Source: Candidatus Iainarchaeum sp.
GTDB lineage: Archaea; Iainarchaeota; Iainarchaeia; Iainarchaeales; JAFCCW01
Direction: 5' to 3'
Assembly: GCA_017609985.1 (NCBI GenBank)
Contig: JAFCCW010000003.1
Location: 1-52,189 of the forward strand
Length of the DNA: 52,189 nt
Made by a program: the position numbers and the translations under genes. Below the pieces are notes generated by a model. It searched no databases and was not told where the DNA came from. It was given only the letters and a program-made list of their open reading frames with translations. Below are positions 47,990 to 52,189 of the stretch, piece after piece. Within the stretch, counting starts at the first letter, position 1, and every line of letters begins with the position of its first letter.

Positions 47990-50900
47990 TTTTTCAACCC
48001 CTTAATCGCTTTTTCCAGCGACCTGGGTTTTCTTCCTTTCAGGGAAAGGAATATTGAGACTATAATCACTAACACCATTAATAATGTTATTATAATCATG
48101 TCTGGAAAACCTCCTGAAACAGTAAAACCCGCTGGCTTGACTGCTTGTTTTTCAGGAAGCAGGCTTTCTTCACTTACGCAGCTTCCCTGAGAGCAAACCA
48201 TCCCAGCACCGCACTTTGCGCCCTCGTTCATTTCGGCATAAACACAATCCCCTTCAACACAATAATCGCGGGTGCAGGGGTCATAATCGTTGCAGTAAAT
48301 CCCCATGCAAACATCCCCCAGCTCCAGCTTGACCAAAGCAGCCGGAGCACTCATTTTTGCGAACATTTCCTCGGTTAACGTGCCCTTTTCTTTTTCCCTG
48401 TTGAAATCATAGCTTACAACAGCTTTTTTCCCGGGCAAAATGTCTCCAAGCAAAAACTTAATCACAGGGTCTTCCTCCACTACTACAAAGTTTACATCGC
48501 TTACAATCATTAACGCACTTTCTGCAAGCTCTTTGGGAATTCCTTCAATCAAATCCAAGTCACGCAAAGTCTCGCTACCGGTGTTTTCCAGAGAAACAGT
48601 TACAGTATTCCTATACTTTGTGATTCCCGTTGCCCCAAACAATGCCTGAACCTTCAGGCTTCTTGAAATCTTTAATTCTTTGCCAGTGACAAGCCTTTTA
48701 ATCCTTAAACCAACATCTTTTTCAGTCTGGTCAAGGACCGGAAGGTTTTCCTCTTCCAGCGGGCTGTACATTGCTTCAACAAACATTTTTTCCTTTACCT
48801 CAACAACCGCAGCTTCTCCACAAACTCCTATACAGCACCTGCTTGTGTCGCTTGCAAAAACCCAGGAACCGGTACAATCTTCATCTTCCTCGCAGATTAT
48901 TCCGCCTCTGTGCAGTTCGCATAGGATTCTTCCGCTTCCACCGGCTTCTGGGCTGCCAGAGGAAGAAGTAATGGCAATGGAAACGCTTGAGTCAGCACTG
49001 TTTGCGTCAGCATTGTTCTCTGCTTTTACATGAAACATATGAGAACCAACTGTTTGGCTTTGGAAGCTGTAGCTTTGGCTCAGGTTGTTGTCAATCCAGG
49101 CACCAGTGTCTGCTTTTACCCAGTATCTCTTAATTCCCGATTCTGCATCGTTTCCTGAATAAACAAGGTTCACATCCACAGCGCTTTGAGAAGAACCATC
49201 CGCAGGCAAAGAAATAGAAACAACCGGGACATTGTTGTCAACAGCAAAGCTTGCATCGCTTGAATCCACTGCATTAGCATCTGAATCATCAGACACATTT
49301 ATGTCAATGAAATAGTTTCCGTCTGCCATGTTAAAGTTCAGGTCATAAAAGCACCTGGTTGTGTTGGAGAAGTCTGCATCGTCACAGTTCGCGTCAACAG
49401 TCTTAACAGAACCCAAATAATTCAAATCCAGGCTGATTATGCTGTTTTCAAAACCGCCTGCTGTAGAAGAATAATACAGGTTAGCAGTTAGCAGATTATC
49501 ATTCGGGTCGGACACATCAAACACAATCATGTTGTTCCCGTCAACAAAAGAATACCATTTTCCCCCATTTGGTTCAACCACACCCACAACAGGGTCAGAA
49601 TTCGCAGCCAACCTGACAGTCAACACCTTGTTCTCATCAACATTCAAAGTCATTCCGTTTGAGTCATAACCTGAAGCAGTAACATTTATGTCGTAAGGAG
49701 AGTAAGATTGCTGCCCGCCAGAATCCTGATTGTAGTCAAACACGTATTGCCGGGAAATCACTCCATTCGCATTCGTTGAGCCAGAAAACTTCTGGTCTCC
49801 ATGCTGGTCGGTTACAGTCACGACCGCACCAGACAAAACAGCAGAAGTGGAATCGTCAACCACGTTCACGTCCAGCCACCAGCCGACGTAAAAAGTGCCT
49901 CTTACATCATTAAAACTAACATTCGTAAAAAGAGAATCAATAAAGAAAAGATTTGTATCAGTATCTGCATTTGCTGAAAGATAGACATCAGTTGAATTTT
50001 TAGAAATATTGCAATCAAAGAACCAGTTAGAATGAGATTTATAACCTGTGCCAGTCAAAGAACGCACTCCATAAGTTGAATTACCTTTTATTGTGTTATT
50101 ATAAAAGTTGTTGTCTCTTGTAGTTCCTCCTCCCGAATATTGAGAACCCAAAACCATAACTCCAGAACCAGAATTATTTATTATTTGGTTATTTGACAAG
50201 TTACAATCATAAGCCCCATCAAATCTCATACCATCGTTAGCATTATTTGAAATATTATTATCAAAAACAACTGCCCCATAAGAATCAAAATCAATAATAA
50301 TTCCAAAAGCCGAATTGGAAACAAGTTGGTTTCCAAAAATATTCACATCATTAATTCTTGAACCAGAAATTCCATCCGCATTCCCAGAAATAATATTGTC
50401 TTTAACTGACCCAACATTGTTAAAGCCCGAATTTCCAAAATTAATTCCATCTGATGAGTTGTTGAGTATCTTGTTGTTAACAATCGTGAAATAATCAGCA
50501 TCTCCCATTGCTGAAACCGAAATTCCATAATTATCATTGTCATTGATATTATTGTCAGATATGTTTTGGTCATCACCATAAACATAAACACCGGCACTGA
50601 TGTTGTTTGAAATGTTATTGTCAAAAACGTTAACAGTATTTGCAACAGTCTGAATTCCATAAGATAAATTGTTTGTTATTGTGTTGCCTAAAATATTCAC
50701 ATCAGACAAACTATTCACATAGATGCCCCCGGAACCGTTTCCTGAAACATTGTTGTTTTCTATTACTGTTCTGTCAGCATCATCTAAATAAATTCCATGG
50801 CTAATGCTTTGAGTCACGTTGTTGTCTGAAATATTAGAATCTGTTCCGCCATTGCTTGAGGCAATTCCAAGATAAAACCCGTTTATATCACAATTCTTTA

Positions 50901-52188
50901 TCGTAATCGTGTTATAACTTCCAAAATCAACACCGTTCTCCCCAGAAACAGCAGCTGTTGCATCAGAGTAGATTCCATACCCATCACAATCCAATGTAAT
51001 CGAGTCTGCTCCGATGATTATCCCGTCGCCTGTGCAGCCGATTAAGTCTGCTGAGAGGGTTGTGTTCTCAGTAATCGTTGAACCGCACTGGAACTCAGGG
51101 TCAGAAGTTGAAATGAAAGTGGACGGAGCATTCTGGTTATTATATTCTGTCAAAATCCAGTTGCCGTCGCGGGCTTTGTTGGAGATGCGAATCTCATCTA
51201 TGTTTCCATCAAAACAGATAAGTCTGCCAGGCCTTAAATCTCCGACCGTGAAGATATTAGCCCAAGTTACCTCCCCGTCATTTGTGAAAGAGAGTTTTTC
51301 CACGCCATTAACATATACTTTAGTTGCTCCACCACTAATGGCTGTAGCTGCAATATGAAACCAGTTTCCAGTAGTTAATCCTGCACCTGTTGTTTCTCTG
51401 TAACCTCCTGAAGCTGCTATCTCAAAAGCATAAAGTCTTATTTCTGTTCCTTTCGCTAGTAACCATAAAGGATAACCTTCTTTAGAAACAGCCGAAGCCA
51501 TTATTGTAAATCCGTAAATGTCATAGTCGCCTCCACCTATAAGAGTGTCTGGTTTTATCCATGCTTCCGCTGTATATTGTGTGATTGAACCAAGATCTCC
51601 ATGTGATATATAATCATTGCTTCCGTCAAAATTCTGCGCATCACCTATTTTGCCGCTTGCCACTACTGCAGGTTCACCAGAACCCTTTTTTGCCCCATCT
51701 TTATCATTGGCGGTGCTATCTTTGGTATTAGATGTATCTGGATCATCTTTCATATGGGTTACAAATTCATAGTTTACATCCCAGACGCCAGCATCGTCTG
51801 TTTCACTCGCACCAGAGTTGCCCCAGTAGATGAAAAAGTTCGTGTCAGTGCCCCAGTTGACGTTCAGGTCAACCCACGCTTCAAACGTCTCGGAAGCAGT
51901 GTTGCAGTCTACTACTTCACGATTCAGCTTGGAAGAGCCGTCTGCAGCAGTGAACACGACATCCGTGCCGGTATCATTCACGTTGTCCCAGAATTTTGTC
52001 GGAAGATTTGCCTCAGTCACAAGCACAGGAAACTTCGTATGATTAGCATCAGTATTATTATCCGCTACAAAACCATGGTTAACAGTCAGCTTCGCCCTGT
52101 AATCCCAGTCAGTGTTGTACCATCCTGCGTGAAAACAGGGAATCAGGAGTAAGAGAAACAGAAATATTAACCATGTGTTTCTAGGTGG
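47986..52188 (-). CDS. Large cell-surface protein (signal peptide, DUF2341-like, LamG, right-handed beta-helix, Ig-like, Cys-rich, C-terminal TM); start codon beyond the window edge
   Basis: Frame open to the window end: PPRNTWLIFLFLLLLIPCFHA|GWYNTDWDYR; LamG motifs WFHIAAT/YVNG/FDGNIDEIRIS; Asn-ladder GIxx repeats; TM + KGRK tail. Confidence 0.9.
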   Translation of the reverse strand, partial: PPRNTWLIFLFLLLLIPCFHAGWYNTDWDYRAKLTVNHGFVADNNTDANHTKFPVLVTEANLPTKFWDNVNDTGTDVVFTAADGSSKLNREVVDCNTASETFEAWVDLNVNWGTDTNFFIYWGNSGASETDDAGVWDVNYEFVTHMKDDPDTSNTKDSTANDKDGAKKGSGEPAVVASGKIGDAQNFDGSNDYISHGDLGSITQYTAEAWIKPDTLIGGGDYDIYGFTIMASAVSKEGYPLWLLAKGTEIRLYAFEIAASGGYRETTGAGLTTGNWFHIAATAISGGATKVYVNGVEKLSFTNDGEVTWANIFTVGDLRPGRLICFDGNIDEIRISNKARDGNWILTEYNNQNAPSTFISTSDPEFQCGSTITENTTLSADLIGCTGDGIIIGADSITLDCDGYGIYSDATAAVSGENGVDFGSYNTITIKNCDINGFYLGIASSNGGTDSNISDNNVTQSISHGIYLDDADRTVIENNNVSGNGSGGIYVNSLSDVNILGNTITNNLSYGIQTVANTVNVFDNNISNNISAGVYVYGDDQNISDNNINDNDNYGISVSAMGDADYFTIVNNKILNNSSDGINFGNSGFNNVGSVKDNIISGNADGISGSRINDVNIFGNQLVSNSAFGIIIDFDSYGAVVFDNNISNNANDGMRFDGAYDCNLSNNQIINNSGSGVMVLGSQYSGGGTTRDNNFYNNTIKGNSTYGVRSLTGTGYKSHSNWFFDCNISKNSTDVYLSANADTDTNLFFIDSLFTNVSFNDVRGTFYVGWWLDVNVVDDSTSAVLSGAVVTVTDQHGDQKFSGSTNANGVISRQYVFDYNQDSGGQQSYSPYDINVTASGYDSNGMTLNVDENKVLTVRLAANSDPVVGVVEPNGGKWYSFVDGNNMIVFDVSDPNDNLLTANLYYSSTAGGFENSIISLDLNYLGSVKTVDANCDDADFSNTTRCFYDLNFNMADGNYFIDINVSDDSDANAVDSSDASFAVDNNVPVVSISLPADGSSQSAVDVNLVYSGNDAESGIKRYWVKADTGAWIDNNLSQSYSFQSQTVGSHMFHVKAENNADANSADSSVSIAITSSSGSPEAGGSGRILCELHRGGIICEEDEDCTGSWVFASDTSRCCIGVCGEAAVVEVKEKMFVEAMYSPLEEENLPVLDQTEKDVGLRIKRLVTGKELKISRSLKVQALFGATGITKYRNTVTVSLENTGSETLRDLDLIEGIPKELAESALMIVSDVNFVVVEEDPVIKFLLGDILPGKKAVVSYDFNREKEKGTLTEEMFAKMSAPAALVKLELGDVCMGIYCNDYDPCTRDYCVEGDCVYAEMNEGAKCGAGMVCSQGSCVSEESLLPEKQAVKPAGFTVSGGFPDMIIITLLMVLVIIVSIFLSLKGRKPRSLEKAIKGLKK

Positions 52189-52189
52189 A

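Noticed and set aside
815-52152. Numerous 60-190 aa ORFs overlapping or antisense to annotated genes (e.g. 3131-3706, 16397-16930, 25987-26475)
   Set aside because: Shadow frames of well-supported genes, Ser/Phe-rich as expected from antisense Lys/Glu codons
1-52189. tRNA, rRNA, transposase, integrase or reverse transcriptase/DGR elements
   Set aside because: None recognised by eye; intergenic gaps are short and lack cloverleaf motifs. tRNAscan-SE and Infernal were not run

Overview
Gene-dense, AT-rich archaeal chromosomal segment. Form III RuBisCO, an archaeal-type cytidylate kinase, TATA-like promoters, GGTG-type ribosome-binding sites and many bacterial-type anabolic genes suggest a DPANN lineage such as Iainarchaeota/Diapherotrites (inference). 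It encodes purine genes (purE with a duplicated domain, purC, a frameshifted purB), a small low-GC island with a Dam-like methylase, cysS, cimA-carAB, an 11-gene tal-pheA-tkt-tkt-aro operon, ilvD/ilvC/ilvE, leuACDB, a membrane pyrophosphatase, rbcL-nadE-nadC-nadD, cmk and surface proteins. The main finding is two short leader ORFs missed by the ORF track. MKTNSLPKTELFNSFFSEAAAWFFNFFFFY* precedes the aromatic amino-acid operon and MSSKYAYKTVSKDFAKPKTVLEKLLLLLR* precedes leuACDB. Each has mutually exclusive RNA hairpins around its stop codon and a U-rich spacer, making this a candidate ribosome-mediated, amino-acid-sensing attenuation system in an archaeon. Other signals are nine orphan proteins sharing a basic M-P/G-R/K-rich N-terminus, D-x-N enrichment in a large surface protein, a heptad-repeat uORF before cimA and a cluster of disrupted genes at 1.7-4.3 kb. 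No rRNA, tRNA, CRISPR array or transposase was recognised. All assignments come from reading the sequence by eye; no database searches were run.
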